Below, piece by piece: positions 63,575 through 64,000 of a stretch of 64,000 nucleotides of DNA; position 1 is the first letter of the stretch, and every line of letters starts with the position of its first letter. The notes under the pieces are model-generated. The model searched no databases. It was not told the DNA's origin and saw nothing but the letters and a program-made list of their open reading frames with translations. The DNA is from an uncultured Bacteroidales bacterium (GTDB lineage: Bacteria > Bacteroidota > Bacteroidia > Bacteroidales > GCA-2748055), in NCBI GenBank assembly GCA_963751705.1, contig CAVVVN010000001.1, positions 493,329 through 557,328 of the forward strand, given 5' to 3'. The translations under genes were made by a program, and so were the position numbers.

Positions 63575-64000
63575 ATGACCATTCCTAAAAATATCGTGGA
63601 AACACCCTTGATGAAACAATACTACTCCGTCAAGGCAAGTCACCCGGATGCCGTGCTGCTCTTTCGGGTGGGAGATTTCTATGAGACTTTTGGGGAAGAT
63701 GCCATACGAACCTCTGAAATACTGGGCATCACACTTACTAAAAGGGCCAATGGAGCAGCCTCCTCTGTGGAGCTGGCGGGATTTCCATACCATGCCCTGG
63801 ATAACTACCTGCCCAAGCTGGTACGGGCCGGACAAAGGGTGGCCATTTGTGAGCAGCTGGAGGATCCCAAACTCACAAAGAAGATTGTGAAAAGGGGGAT
63901 TACCGAACTGGTTACTCCGGGAGTTACCTACAATGAGAATGTACTGGATAACCGGGAAAACAACTTTCTGGCCAGTCTCTATCTGGACCGGCAGCTTCAC
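63575..64000 (+). CDS. mutS: DNA mismatch repair protein MutS, N-terminal 142 aa (continues beyond window)
   Basis: Hand translation: [43 protein letters not shown]...[10 protein letters not shown]. It is not in the ORF track because it has no stop within the window. Confidence 0.93.
   Translation, partial: MTIPKNIVETPLMKQYYSVKASHPDAVLLFRVGDFYETFGEDAIRTSEILGITLTKRANGAASSVELAGFPYHALDNYLPKLVRAGQRVAICEQLEDPKLTKKIVKRGITELVTPGVTYNENVLDNRENNFLASLYLDRQLH

Noticed and set aside
63569-64000. 143-aa minus-strand ORF at the window end.
   Set aside because: The plus strand here encodes an unmistakable MutS N-terminus (PLMKQYY...[11 protein letters not shown]), so the minus ORF is its shadow.
1-64000. 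Apparent GC heterogeneity. By hand count of single 60-nt lines, the line at 1021 has 37/60 G+C and the line at 20041 has 35/60. The line at 27001 has 19/60 and the line at 44041 has 21/60. This suggests the left 24 kb is GC-richer than much of 25-55 kb.
   Set aside because: Other lines in the 'low' block are high (31561: 35/60; 41701: 31/60). Both blocks carry core genes and the same TAnnTTTG promoter motif, and I cannot compute sliding windows. This is not enough to call an island or a chimeric join. A windowed GC and codon-usage plot would settle it.
1-64000. Search for tRNA, rRNA, CRISPR arrays, IS elements, integrases and known defence genes.
   Set aside because: All spacers over 100 bp were read by eye (24995-25365, 43399-43582, 46374-46512, 51798-51937). 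None shows tRNA-like T-arm sequence, regularly spaced repeats or terminal inverted repeats, and no ORF has transposase, integrase or nuclease-helicase motifs.

Overview
This 64-kb window is a densely coding chromosomal segment with about 60 genes and only a few spacers longer than 150 bp. It looks like Bacteroidota, based on three signals. TAnnTTTG-type -7 boxes sit 20-35 nt upstream of several starts. Starts are preceded by A-rich sequence rather than Shine-Dalgarno sequence. The family content fits too: Big_5-type lipoprotein, DUF4271-like plus hemD, a dut/TPR/DUF4292-like/M23 block, a PorT-like barrel and a patatin-Omp85 fusion. Most genes are housekeeping: cysS, ispG, ispD, lgt, hemW, rpiB, nadA, ruvB, pheS, dut, ybeY, mnmG, apt, uvrC, queD, polA, hemD, rnpA, dnaG, rlmN and the mutS 5' end. 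I found no rRNA or tRNA genes, CRISPR arrays, transposases, integrases or recognisable defence genes, so this is not an obvious accessory island. There are two candidates for undescribed biology. The first is a 1385-aa cytoplasmic fusion protein at 19532-23689. It combines a GT4-like glycosyltransferase, an unassigned module of about 450 aa and a phosphodiester-glycosidase-like domain. A stand-alone paralogue of its GT module lies nearby at 17110-18405, and hemW sits between the two. The second is a five-gene translationally coupled operon at 12163-16173. It joins a ZIP importer, two CDF exporters with different metal-site chemistry, a RIC/hemerythrin-like di-iron protein and a LuxR regulator with a degenerate receiver domain. 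Smaller oddities are also listed. DnaG and the Sir2 deacylase both lack their canonical zinc ligands. rnpA has no canonical start codon. A mini beta-carbonic-anhydrase-like protein is present. A 17-nt direct repeat with a 19-nt period lies inside the Rrf2 gene. One small membrane ORF is missing from the ORF track. All functional calls come from motif recognition by eye; no searches were run.
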